Below, piece by piece: positions 10,154 through 19,043 of a stretch of DNA of 64,000 nt (the stretch's first letter is position 1; the number at the start of each line of letters is the position of its first letter). The translations under genes and the position numbers were made by a program. The stretch comes from Planctomycetota bacterium (GTDB lineage Bacteria; Planctomycetota; UBA1135; UBA2386): positions 4,320,001-4,384,000 of the forward strand of contig OZ245006.1 in assembly GCA_965223545.1 (NCBI GenBank), in the 5' to 3' direction. The notes beneath the pieces were generated by a model. That model was not told the DNA's origin, made no database searches, and was given only the letters and a program-made list of their open reading frames with translations.

Positions 10154-10699
10154 ATGCTGGTTCCCCGGCGCCGTTGCGCGGCGTGCGGTGCCGCACAGGA
10201 CGTCGTCCGCATGGCGTTGGTGCGGCGCCAGTGGCTGTGCACGGGGTGTTTGCACGAGCCGCCGGTGGGGGGTCGCTCGAACCGGGAAGAAGTCGTCTCC
10301 GCTCTCCGCGCCGGCGAGGCCGAGCGCGTCGCCTGCCCTTTGCGTCGTGCAGCGCGCGCCGCGCGGCACGCGACGGTGGTCGCGCGCGCGGTCGGCTACG
10401 GCTTGTTGGCTGCGTGGGCGGCCCATTCCCCGGCCGGCATGGCGGTCCTCACCGGAGTGCTGATCGGCGACGCGCTGACCTGGGTGCTGACGTCGTGGGT
10501 CGCGCTGGTGCGCGGCCACGGCCACTTCTGGATCGAACTGGCCCTGTTTCTCGCCATCGGCGCCTGGTGGACGCACCACGGTGGCCTCGAGCTACCGGCC
10601 GACACCGAGGGCCGCGCGACGGTCATGTTCGTCGGCATGGCGCTGTTCTCGGGCAAGGCAATCGCATTCGCGCTGAAGCTCCTGCACCGCGAAACGTGA
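10154..10699 (+). CDS. Hypothetical membrane protein with an N-terminal CxxC...CxxC motif
   Basis: CAAC...CTGC followed by about four hydrophobic segments; stop codon abuts the REP-like repeats. Confidence 0.55.
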   Translation: MLVPRRRCAACGAAQDVVRMALVRRQWLCTGCLHEPPVGGRSNREEVVSALRAGEAERVACPLRRAARAARHATVVARAVGYGLLAAWAAHSPAGMAVLTGVLIGDALTWVLTSWVALVRGHGHFWIELALFLAIGAWWTHHGGLELPADTEGRATVMFVGMALFSGKAIAFALKLLHRET

Positions 10700-10731
10700 T
10701 GAAGGTACGGAGCCTGAAGGTACGGAGCCAG
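10700..10731. repeat. Left half of a REP-like palindrome: tandem TGAAGGTACGGAGCC x2, ending in the CAG core
   Basis: Identical 15-mers at 10700-10714 and 10715-10729; inverted relative to 12376-12406 with one mismatch per unit. Confidence 0.9.
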
Positions 10732-10975
10732 TCCTGCCCCGGCAGATTTGTCGGCCCTTCAGGGCAGGAAACTAGCCGCTGAGGAAGGGGGAGGGGAACG
10801 TGTGAGGGGCCCGGCAGCTACGCCCCCAATAGCCACTGGAGCACGTTTGCCCCAGAGCCAGTCTGGGTCCGAGTTGGCCATCCTTCACTGGTGAGGGGCA
10901 CGTCGCCGTGCCCACTCCCGCAGGTCAGATTCGTTTGATCGCCGCCTCGGGCCGGGCCCACCACAACAATGAGGA
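10732..10975 (+). ncRNA. Putative IS110 bridge RNA region (ends unknown)
   Basis: ~250 nt non-coding end containing GAGCCAG (10855-10861, equal to target left flank plus core) and CAGGTCAG (10921-10928, equal to IS right end plus core); hairpin arms TCCTGCCC/GGGCAGGA at the 5' end. Confidence 0.7.
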
Positions 10976-10981
10976 TGAAGT

Positions 10982-12364
10982 ATGGCTGGGAAGAGCAGAA
11001 CGAGGAAGGGCAAGAAGCCCGCAGCGGAAGTATTGCCAGTCGTGAAGCCCAACGCCGCCGGAATCGACATCGGCAGCCGCGAGCACTGGGTGTGCGCAGC
11101 AGCACCCGACGGCAGTCGTCCGATCAAGCGATTCGGAACGACGACGCCCCAGCTAGAGGCGCTCGCGGACTGGCTGGAGGAGCTCGGAGTGCGATCCGTC
11201 GCGATGGAGAGCACCTATGTCTACTGGATTCCCGTCTACGAGCTACTCGAGTCGAGAGGCTTCGAGGTCATCCTCGCGAATGCCCGCGAGGTGAAGAACG
11301 TGCCGGGCCGCTCCAAGTCCGATGCCAGCGATTGCAGTTGGCTGCAGAAGCTACACACCTATGGCCTCATTCGCGCTTCGTTCCGGCCTCCGAAGGACAT
11401 CTGTGCGTTGCGGACCCTGCAACGCCATGCCGCGTCTTTGATCGCGCAGCGCACGCGCCACACGCAGTTGATGCAGCGGTCACTGGATCAGATGAACGTG
11501 GCGATCCATCGCGCGGTAACGGACATCACCGGCAAGACCGGCCTCGCGATCATCCGCGCGATTCTCGCTGGTGAACGCGACCCTCGAGCGCTCGCCAGAC
11601 TGCGTGATCCGCGCTGCAAGATCTCCGAGAAGGAGCTCGCGGATCACTTGCAAGGGACCTGGATCGAGGAGCACATCTTCACTCTCGCTTCGGGCTTGCG
11701 GATGCTCGAGCACACCGACCACGAGATCGAGTCGGTCGAGAAGCGATTGATGGCGATGATCGAGGACCTGCAACCGGAGGAAGCCAAGACGGCCGACGTC
11801 CCCGAGCATCCAGACCCCCGCAAGGAGAGGAGCATCCGAACGAAGGGCGGCCGGGAGCTTCGCGATGCCCTCTGCCGGCTCGTCGGGTGTGATCTCACGC
11901 GAATCGACGGTATCAGCCCGAGCACGGCCATGATCGTGCTCACCGAGGTCGGCTACGACCTCGATGCTTTCCCGACCGAGAAGCACTTCGTCTCCTGGCT
12001 ACGCCTGTGCCCACGTCAAGCCGTCTCGGGTGGAAAGCGCATCAAGAAGCACCGCAACAACATCGCGGTCAGCAGGATCGCCACGGTCCTCCGGATGGCC
12101 GCCCTGTCCCTCCAACGTACTCAGACAGCTCTCGGCGCACACTTCCGCAAGATCGCCCGCGCGAAGGACGGCAACGTCGCCATCTTTGCCATCGCCCGCA
12201 AACTGGCCCTGCTCATCTACCGCATGCTGAAGTTCGGCCAGGACTACGTAGACGAAGGCGCCAAGGCCTACGAGGAGCGCTTCACCCAGCGACGCATCGT
12301 CGGACTCCGACAGAACGCTAAATCCCTCGGGTACAAGCTCGTACCGATCGCCGAGGCTGGGTGA
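10982..12364 (+). CDS. IS110-family transposase/recombinase (DEDD RuvC-like + C-terminal Tnp domain)
   Basis: AAGIDIG, VAMESTYVYW, KSDASD (DEDD); IDGISPSTA...FPTEKHFVSWLRLCP..VSGGK (conserved Ser); AIARKLA. Confidence 0.95.
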   Translation: MAGKSRTRKGKKPAAEVLPVVKPNAAGIDIGSREHWVCAAAPDGSRPIKRFGTTTPQLEALADWLEELGVRSVAMESTYVYWIPVYELLESRGFEVILANAREVKNVPGRSKSDASDCSWLQKLHTYGLIRASFRPPKDICALRTLQRHAASLIAQRTRHTQLMQRSLDQMNVAIHRAVTDITGKTGLAIIRAILAGERDPRALARLRDPRCKISEKELADHLQGTWIEEHIFTLASGLRMLEHTDHEIESVEKRLMAMIEDLQPEEAKTADVPEHPDPRKERSIRTKGGRELRDALCRLVGCDLTRIDGISPSTAMIVLTEVGYDLDAFPTEKHFVSWLRLCPRQAVSGGKRIKKHRNNIAVSRIATVLRMAALSLQRTQTALGAHFRKIARAKDGNVAIFAIARKLALLIYRMLKFGQDYVDEGAKAYEERFTQRRIVGLRQNAKSLGYKLVPIAEAG

Positions 12365-12373
12365 GTTTCAGGT

Positions 12374-12406
12374 CAGGCTCCGTACCGTCAAGGCTCCGTA
12401 CCGTCA
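12374..12406. repeat. Right half of the REP-like palindrome: tandem AGGCTCCGTACCGTCA x2
   Basis: Identical 16-mers at 12375-12390 and 12391-12406; the last TCA is the stop codon of the convergent gene. Confidence 0.9.
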
Positions 12407-13249
12407 GTGGATCTTGTCGACGCGGCGGACTGCGAGCTGGTAGATGTCGACGCAGTAGTCGTCCTCGATGGTCGCGCGCACGGTGAAGCGGCCGGTGACG
12501 AGGACTGGGTCGAAGTCGTAGTCGATGGTTTCGCCCTCGGGCATCACGCAGCGGACGACGCCGTTGATGTTCGGCGGTTGGCCGTAGCAGCAGGACCACA
12601 ACGAGTCGACGAGGAGGAACTCTCTCATGTTCTCGACGGCGTCGAGGGGCAGCATGAAGCCGAGCAAGCTCACGTCCTGTCCCGACAACGAGAGGACGCT
12701 CGGTGGCGCGCCGATCAGTCCTTCGGTGTACTCCCAGTCGGCCAACCGATCGAAGTGCAACAGCTCTTCGCTCGAGTCGAGCTCGCCGGCCGCGAGCCGT
12801 GCGGCGAGCCGGCGCTCGGCTTCGAGCATCGCCTCCGCGCTCCGCATCGCCGCGAGGTCGGCGGGATCGGTGCCCTTGGGGTGCTGCGCGTCCTCGGGGT
12901 TCTGTGCCCCATCGCTCGCTGCCGGTGCGTCCGCCGTGCGCGGCGTGACGTGCGGCGAAACGGCGATGACCGGTGCTGCGCGCTCCGGGCCCATCGACGC
13001 TGGCGCGGGCGCGCGCTCGCGTTCCATCAACGCGACGCTGACCGTGGTCAAGAGTCCCAAGGGAATGACCGCGGCCGCCAGCTGGGTGCGACTCCAGCGC
13101 GAACGCCGCGCGCGCGCGGCGCCGCTGCCGCGCCGCACCCGCGCGAGGATCGCCTGCGACTGGTCGGGCGGCGTGCTCTTTCCCGTGGCCTCGTCGAACA
13201 GCTGCTGTAGGTGTTGGTGCTCGACGTCTGGTCGAAGGTCTTCCGTCAT
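12404..13249 (-). CDS. Putative anti-sigma factor with one TM helix and a C-terminal DUF3299-like domain
   Basis: Coupled (ATGA) to an ECF sigma gene; short N-terminus, TM segment LAAAVIPLGLLTTVSVALM, then LSGQDVSLLGFMLPL...FLLV...SCCYGQPP. Confidence 0.7.
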   Translation of the reverse strand: MTEDLRPDVEHQHLQQLFDEATGKSTPPDQSQAILARVRRGSGAARARRSRWSRTQLAAAVIPLGLLTTVSVALMERERAPAPASMGPERAAPVIAVSPHVTPRTADAPAASDGAQNPEDAQHPKGTDPADLAAMRSAEAMLEAERRLAARLAAGELDSSEELLHFDRLADWEYTEGLIGAPPSVLSLSGQDVSLLGFMLPLDAVENMREFLLVDSLWSCCYGQPPNINGVVRCVMPEGETIDYDFDPVLVTGRFTVRATIEDDYCVDIYQLAVRRVDKIH

Positions 13250-13749
13250 GATTCGTCTCCGTGCATCTGTTGCTCGATGCATGCGCGCAGCGCGGTGCGC
13301 GCGCGGGCCAGCATCGATTTGAATCCCTGAGCGCCGATCCCTAGACGGGCGGCGGCATCGCGATACTTGATCCCCTCGACGTGGTGCCACTCGAGCGCCT
13401 GTCTGGCGCGGGGACCGAGCCGCGTGAGGCAGTGCCGCAGCGCATCGATCCGGTCGTCGTCGAGCGCGGTCGGGCTGTGGGCAACGAAACCGTCGACGGC
13501 GTCGGCCCAGTCGAGGTCGAGCGGTTGGCGGCGCCGGCGGCGGCCGATCAGCGCGTTGCGGGCGACACTGCGCAGGTAGGCCTTTGGATGGCGCAACTCC
13601 TCGCCGTCGCGCAGTGCCTCGGCGGCGCGCACGAACGCGTCTTGGGTGAGGTCGTCGGCTTCCTCGGGTGTGCCCCCCAACAGGCGCAAGTAGCGCCACA
13701 CCATGGCCTGATGCGCGCGCACCAAGTCGGCCAGCGCATCGGTGTCCAT
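13246..13749 (-). CDS. ECF-type sigma-70 factor (start may be 13824)
   Basis: Region 2 VWRYLRLLG...ADDLTQDAF; region 4 CLTRLGPRARQAL...YRDAAARLG...KSMLARARTALRACIE. Confidence 0.88.
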   Translation of the reverse strand: MDTDALADLVRAHQAMVWRYLRLLGGTPEEADDLTQDAFVRAAEALRDGEELRHPKAYLRSVARNALIGRRRRRQPLDLDWADAVDGFVAHSPTALDDDRIDALRHCLTRLGPRARQALEWHHVEGIKYRDAAARLGIGAQGFKSMLARARTALRACIEQQMHGDES

Positions 13750-14005
13750 CGGCCTCGCCCGGCGCCGCCCCTGATCGTCGGTCGGCGCGCGGCGGCGCGC
13801 GCGCGGTCGCTGCGCGATCGTCATGCTGACACAGTGCGCCAACCGGTCGAATGGGGTGCAGGACTTCGCGGTTTTTGCCCGTGCGGCCCGGCGCAGGCGT
13901 TGTGGACGGCGGTTGCGGTGCCAACGCGCTCGTCCGCAAATCGTTATGATCGAGCCGAGTTCGTTCCCGGCTCCAGGAGGTCGAGCGGTGCGAGAGTTCA
14001 GGTCG

Positions 14006-17000
14006 ATGACGTTGGCTACGGTTCCCGCGGTGCTCGTAGCTGCTGTCTGCGGGCAGCCGAGTCTGCTGCTCGACCTCAACCAGAAGTCGATGGGCGGCGT
14101 GACGTCATCGAGTCCGGCGGCGTTCGTGACTCAGGGGGCCTGGGCGTTCTTCGCGGCCGGGTCCGGCGATTACGGCACGGAGCTGTACCGAACGCTGGGT
14201 GTGCCCGGATCGACGCAGCTGGTCGCGGACATCCGGCCCGGGATCAACGGCTCGACGCCGATCGACCTCGTGGTCCTGGGTACCGCGGTCTTGTTTACCG
14301 CGGACGACGGCAGCTCGGGGCGCGAGCTGTGGCGGTCGGATGGCACCGCTGCGGGCACCACGCTGCTGCTGGATGTGCGGCCCGGGTTGCAGAGCTCGGT
14401 CCCCACTTGGCTGACCGTGGTGGGCAACCACGCGTACTTCGCGGCCGATGATGGGGTGAGCGGCAAGGAGCTGTGGAAAACGGACGGCACGACCGCCGGC
14501 ACCGTCTTGCTGCGGGATATCGGTCGAGGGTCGGCCTCGGGGCGGGTCACTTGGCTCACCGCGTTCGGTGCGAGCATCCTGTTCGTGGCCGATGACGGCG
14601 TCACCGGCGACGAGCTGTGGATCTCGGATGGAACCGCTGCAGGCACCCGTCTGGTGGCAGACATCAACCCCGGCCCGGGTTCGTCGTCGATCGCAGGTGT
14701 GGAAGTCGCGGGTCCCCTCGCGTTCTTCTCGGCGTCCGATGGTGCTTCCGGCCAGGAGCTATGGATCACGGATGGCACTGCCGCCGGCACGCGCCTCGTC
14801 CGGGATGTCAACCCAGGCTCCGGCTCGTCCTCTCCGACCGGGATGACGGCGTTCGGCAACCAGCTCTGCTTCGTCGCCCTTGACGCGGCGACCGGCGCGG
14901 AGCTTTGGATCACGGATGGCACGACGCCGGGGACGCGTTTGGTTGCGGATCTCGCGCCTGGCTCTGCGCGCTCCGATCCAAACGGGCTCACCGCCGTAGG
15001 CGCGCGGCTGTTCTTCGCCGCGCACACGCCGGCCAACGGCCGCGAGCTTTGGAGCACCGACGGCACCGGTGCCGGAACTGCGTTGGTCCGCGACATCGTG
15101 CCGGGAGTCGGTAGCTCGACACCCGCCAATCTCATCGAGCACGGCGGCCAGCTGTTCTTCACGGCTTCCGATGGGGTCACCGGCACCGAACCCTGGTTCA
15201 GCGACGGAACCACCGCCGGGACGGTGTTGTTGAGGGACATCTGGCCTGGCAGTCGCTCGAGTGGTCCGACCATGCCGTTCTCGCACGGCAGCCATGTGCT
15301 GTTTTCTGCTGACGACGGGGTGACCGGTGCGGAGCCGTGGACCAGTGATGGCACGGGGCCTGGAACAAGGCTGCTCGACGACATCGCGGCCCCGCCGACG
15401 GAGTCCGCGGCGATTCGAGATGCCGTCGATCTCGATGGGATTGCCTACTTCAGCGCGGATGACGGGTCTGTCGGTCGCGAGCTGTGGCGCTCCGACGGTA
15501 CGGCCTCAGGAACGCGGTTGGTTGTCGACGTGTTGTCCGGCGGCCGAGGGTCGGGCCCGAGAGAGCTGGCGGTGGTGGGCGCGCGCATCTTCTTCGCGGC
15601 GTACGAAAGAACCGTGGGCGAAGAGCTGTGGGTCAGCGATGGGACTGCGGCAGGCACGCGCTTGGTCGTCGACTTGAACTCGGGTACCGCGGACTCGTCG
15701 CCCTCGCTGTTGGTGCCGCTGGGCGACAGGGTCGTGTTCACCGCGGACGACGGAACGCGTGGTCGCGAGTTGTGGATCAGCGACGGCACCGCCGCCGGCA
15801 CGGTCCTGCTCGGCGACTTGAATCCCGGCGCTGGCAGCAGTCGGCCGAGCGATCTCGTCGCCGTCGGGTCGCGGGTCTACTTCGCTGCCGACTCCGGCGC
15901 GACCGGGGGCGAACCCTGGGTTACCGATGGCACTCCCGCGGGCACGATGCTCTTGGCCGACATCGCCTTGGGCTCACCGTCTTCGCAGCCGCGCGATTTC
16001 GCCTTCGTGGGTCCGTGGGTGCTGTTCGCTGCCACGGACGCCGTGGCTGGGCGTGAGCTGTGGCGCACCGATGGAACGCCCGCCGGAACGGCGCTGTTCT
16101 CGGACACCTTTCCGGGGTTGTTCAGCAGTGGGCCCAAGGACTTGGTGCGGGTCGGCGATCGCGTGTTCTTTGGCGCGCTGGATCCGGCGTCGGGGTTCGA
16201 GCTCTGGACCTCGGATGGCACCGTCGCGGGCACCCGCCTCGTCCGCGATTTGCGCCCCGGGATCGCGGGGAGCTTCCCCAGCAGCTTGGTGGCACTCGGC
16301 ACCGAGGTCGTGTTCACCGCGGATGACGGAGTCAACGGGCTCGAGCTCTGGCGCTCGGATGGCACCGCCGCCGGGACGCAGCGCATCAGCGATTTGATCC
16401 CCGGGACCGCGGACCCTCGGATCGCGCACCTGACACCGGTCGGTAACCGTTGGCTTTGTTTCTCGGCCGAGGATGCCAACGGCGACCGCGAGCTGTGGAT
16501 CAGTGATGGCACGGCGGCGGGAACCGTCCGCTTTGACCTGCACCCCACTGCGTCGTCGACGCCGCGGGACTTCCGGGTAGTGGGGCCATGGTTGTTGTTC
16601 AGCGCGGTGGACGAGCTCTTCGGTGAGGAGCCGTGGGTGATGCCGCTGGGCGCCACTGCGCATGGGGTCGGCGCCAGCTGCGCTGCCGGTGGCCGCGTGC
16701 CGTCCCTGGTGGCGGCACCGCCGCTGCTCGGTGCCGCGGCGCTGGTCCAGGGCTTCGACGCTCCGCCCGGTGGTGCCGGCGCGCTCTTGCTCGCCGCTCC
16801 GCGGCTGCCGCTCTCGCTCGGCTCGGGCTGCCATTTCCATCTCGACCCTGGCACGATGATCGTCGTGGCGGCCCCAGTGGTCGACGCTGCCGGCCGCTGG
16901 ACCGCGACCATCCCCGTGCCTCCTACTCCCGCCTTGCTGGGGCTTGCCACCATGTTGCAGGCAGTGCTGCAGCCGAGTGCACTGCCGCTCGGTGCCGACG

Positions 17001-17035
17001 TGACCGCCGCGGTCCGCTGGACGCTCGGGCGCTGA
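14006..17035 (+). CDS. Secreted ELWxxDGT-repeat protein with the shared C-terminal domain
   Basis: About 17-18 repeats of ~48 aa carrying ELW/EPWxxDGT; signal peptide; C-terminal ...IPVPPTPALLG..LQA domain. Confidence 0.9.
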   Translation: MTLATVPAVLVAAVCGQPSLLLDLNQKSMGGVTSSSPAAFVTQGAWAFFAAGSGDYGTELYRTLGVPGSTQLVADIRPGINGSTPIDLVVLGTAVLFTADDGSSGRELWRSDGTAAGTTLLLDVRPGLQSSVPTWLTVVGNHAYFAADDGVSGKELWKTDGTTAGTVLLRDIGRGSASGRVTWLTAFGASILFVADDGVTGDELWISDGTAAGTRLVADINPGPGSSSIAGVEVAGPLAFFSASDGASGQELWITDGTAAGTRLVRDVNPGSGSSSPTGMTAFGNQLCFVALDAATGAELWITDGTTPGTRLVADLAPGSARSDPNGLTAVGARLFFAAHTPANGRELWSTDGTGAGTALVRDIVPGVGSSTPANLIEHGGQLFFTASDGVTGTEPWFSDGTTAGTVLLRDIWPGSRSSGPTMPFSHGSHVLFSADDGVTGAEPWTSDGTGPGTRLLDDIAAPPTESAAIRDAVDLDGIAYFSADDGSVGRELWRSDGTASGTRLVVDVLSGGRGSGPRELAVVGARIFFAAYERTVGEELWVSDGTAAGTRLVVDLNSGTADSSPSLLVPLGDRVVFTADDGTRGRELWISDGTAAGTVLLGDLNPGAGSSRPSDLVAVGSRVYFAADSGATGGEPWVTDGTPAGTMLLADIALGSPSSQPRDFAFVGPWVLFAATDAVAGRELWRTDGTPAGTALFSDTFPGLFSSGPKDLVRVGDRVFFGALDPASGFELWTSDGTVAGTRLVRDLRPGIAGSFPSSLVALGTEVVFTADDGVNGLELWRSDGTAAGTQRISDLIPGTADPRIAHLTPVGNRWLCFSAEDANGDRELWISDGTAAGTVRFDLHPTASSTPRDFRVVGPWLLFSAVDELFGEEPWVMPLGATAHGVGASCAAGGRVPSLVAAPPLLGAAALVQGFDAPPGGAGALLLAAPRLPLSLGSGCHFHLDPGTMIVVAAPVVDAAGRWTATIPVPPTPALLGLATMLQAVLQPSALPLGADVTAAVRWTLGR

Positions 17036-17908
17036 CTACAGTCCGCGCAACCAGTCCGGCCGCAGCGGCACTTCGCCAGCCAGCGCCGCATCGATCGCGC
17101 CGACGATCTTGGCCCGGTCGCGGGGTAGGCGGCCGCCGAGCGGCAGGTAGTTGGAGGCGTGGTTGGTGCGGAACAGCGCGTCCGACGGGGTGGCGCGGGC
17201 GACGAACTCCCGCAGCTCGCGCAGGAGCTGGTCGGCGGGCGGCACCGAGAAGCGGCCGCGCTGCTCCAGCGTCGCGATCGGGGTGCCGGGCACCACGGTC
17301 AGCGTCAGGGCGGCGAGAAACTCGGGGTCCATCGCCGTCGCCAGCGTCGCGGAGGCCATGGCGTGTTCCTCGGAGCGCTCGAGCCCGCCCGCGCCGAGCA
17401 GGAAGATCGCCGAGAGTCGCATTCCCGCCGCGTGCGCGGCATGCGCCGCGTCGATGTGCTGTTGCGGCGAGCTGCCCTTGGCGATCCGGCGCATGACCTC
17501 GGCGTCGCCGGTCTCCGGCCCGATGTAGAGCAGGCTGAGGCCGGCCGCTCGCAGCTGCTCGAGCTCAACGGCGGTCTTGCCGGTGATGTTGGTGGCCATC
17601 GCGTAGCAGCTCACCTGGCGCAACGCCGGAAACACGGCGTGGCAGCGTTCGAGCAGGCGCAGCCAGAGATCGGCACTCATGACCAGCGCATCGCCATCGG
17701 CGACGAACACCTTGGTCACCGACGGGCCGAGCTCTTCTCGCGCCATCTCCAAGTCCTGCTCGATCTCCTCCCAAGGCCGCACCGCGAACTCCTTGTCGCG
17801 GTACATGTCGCAGTAGGTGCACTTGTTCCAGGAGCAGCCCAGCGTGGCCTGCAGGATGTACGAGTGCGCCTCGCTCGGCGGCCGGTAGAGGCGACCCTGA
17901 TAGCGCAT
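17036..17908 (-). CDS. Radical SAM protein of unknown function
   Basis: YRPPSEA, GCSWNKCTYCDMY (CxxxCxxC), FRTNHASNYLPLGG. Confidence 0.88.
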   Translation of the reverse strand: MRYQGRLYRPPSEAHSYILQATLGCSWNKCTYCDMYRDKEFAVRPWEEIEQDLEMAREELGPSVTKVFVADGDALVMSADLWLRLLERCHAVFPALRQVSCYAMATNITGKTAVELEQLRAAGLSLLYIGPETGDAEVMRRIAKGSSPQQHIDAAHAAHAAGMRLSAIFLLGAGGLERSEEHAMASATLATAMDPEFLAALTLTVVPGTPIATLEQRGRFSVPPADQLLRELREFVARATPSDALFRTNHASNYLPLGGRLPRDRAKIVGAIDAALAGEVPLRPDWLRGL

Positions 17909-17913
17909 GCCGG

Positions 17914-18993
17914 TCAGTCGCCGAAGCTGATGCCGAGGTCGCGCGCCGTCAGCACGGCGTCGCTGTCGAGGGGAACCGCCTTGCGGTTGGCGATCGCGTC
18001 CTCGAGCGGCACCGCGCGGATCACCGGCGGGGTGAGGGCGACCATCGTGCCGAACCTCTCCTCCGCGATCAGGCGCACGGCGGCCGCACCGAAGCGCAGG
18101 GCCAAGATCCGGTCGAAGGCGGTGGGCCGGCCGCCGCGCTGCAGATGGCCGAGGACCAGCGATCGCGTCTCCTTGCCGGTGCGTTGTTGGATCTGCGCGG
18201 CGACCAGCTCGGCGATGCCGCCCAGCCGGACCTCGCGCCCGACCTGAGCGGGACCGCGCACGGTCTCGGTGCCGCCGACCGGAATGGCACCCTCGGCGGC
18301 GACCACCAGCGCGAAGCGACGCCCGCGCGACTCGCGCAGTCGGATCTTGTCGCAAACCCGGTCGATGTCGAACGGGATCTCGGGCAGCAGGATCGCGTCG
18401 GCGCTGCCCGCGACGCCGGCGTGCAGGGCGATCCAGCCGGCGTGCCGGCCCATGACCTCGACGACGAACACGCGCTCGTGGGCTTCGGCGGTGCTGTGCA
18501 GCCGGTCGAGTGCATCGGTGGCGACCGAGACCGCGGTGTCGAAGCCGAAGGTGATCACCGTCGAGGCCAGGTCGTTGTCGATGGTCTTGGGCACGCCGAC
18601 CACGCGCATGCCCTTGCGCGCCAAGTCGTGCGCGATGCGCATCGAACCATCGCCACCGATGGCGATCATCGCGTCGATCTCCAGCTCACGCAGGCTCTGG
18701 ATGACCTCGTCCGAGCGGTCGCGCGTGGTCTCGGTGCCGTCGGCCTGCACGTGGGGGTAGCGGAACGGGTCGCCGCGATTGGTCGTGCCGAGGATCGTGC
18801 CGCCGAGGTGCGTGATGCCGCGCACCGACTCGCGGTCGAGGTCGAGCAGGTCGCGGGGGTGCAGTAGGCCGGTGTAGCTGCGCCGCACCCCGACCACCTC
18901 GTAGCCGCGCTCGAGCGCGGCGAGTACCGCGGCGCGCACCACGGCGTTCAGGCCGGGTGCGTCGCCACCGCCGGTGTTGATCGCGATCCGCAT
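17914..18993 (-). CDS. pfkA: 6-phosphofructokinase
   Basis: TGGGDAPGLN, GGTILGTT, IGGDGS, PKTIDND, VEVMGRHAGW, LGHLQRGG. Confidence 0.95.
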   Translation of the reverse strand: MRIAINTGGGDAPGLNAVVRAAVLAALERGYEVVGVRRSYTGLLHPRDLLDLDRESVRGITHLGGTILGTTNRGDPFRYPHVQADGTETTRDRSDEVIQSLRELEIDAMIAIGGDGSMRIAHDLARKGMRVVGVPKTIDNDLASTVITFGFDTAVSVATDALDRLHSTAEAHERVFVVEVMGRHAGWIALHAGVAGSADAILLPEIPFDIDRVCDKIRLRESRGRRFALVVAAEGAIPVGGTETVRGPAQVGREVRLGGIAELVAAQIQQRTGKETRSLVLGHLQRGGRPTAFDRILALRFGAAAVRLIAEERFGTMVALTPPVIRAVPLEDAIANRKAVPLDSDAVLTARDLGISFGD

Positions 18994-19043
18994 GCCGAGC
19001 AGTAGACCGCGGCTCCGAGCGCGGGGCGAGCCGCCAGCGGTCG

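Larger units (their letters stand above)
10732..12376 (+). mobile_element. IS110-family insertion sequence (~1645 bp) with a long 5' non-coding end and CAG core
   Basis: Junctions GGAGC-CAG-TCCTG (core 10729-10731) and CAGGT-CAG-GCTCC (core 12374-12376). Removing the element restores GTACGGAGCCAGGCTCCG, identical to the empty copy at 51822-51839. No terminal inverted repeats or TSD, as expected for IS110. Confidence 0.9.

Noticed and set aside
12365..12376. Sigma-70 promoter formed at the IS circle junction (TTTCAG ... CAGATT)
   Set aside because: Both hexamers match consensus poorly; plausible by analogy to other IS110 elements but not supportable from sequence alone.
10700..12406. Flanking 15-16 bp repeats as IS terminal inverted repeats or a target-site duplication
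   Set aside because: They lie outside the CAG cores, are inverted rather than direct across the element, and the same motif occurs with no IS at 51821. They fit the target better than the element.
14006..17035. DNA-level repeats in this region as a non-coding repeat array
   Set aside because: They are degenerate ~144-bp coding repeats explained by the ELWxxDGT protein.
17036..17908. Radical SAM gene as the arsenosugar enzyme ArsS partnering the ArsM-like gene
   Set aside because: It is ~41 kb away, sits behind pfkA, and shows no feature I can tie to ArsS.
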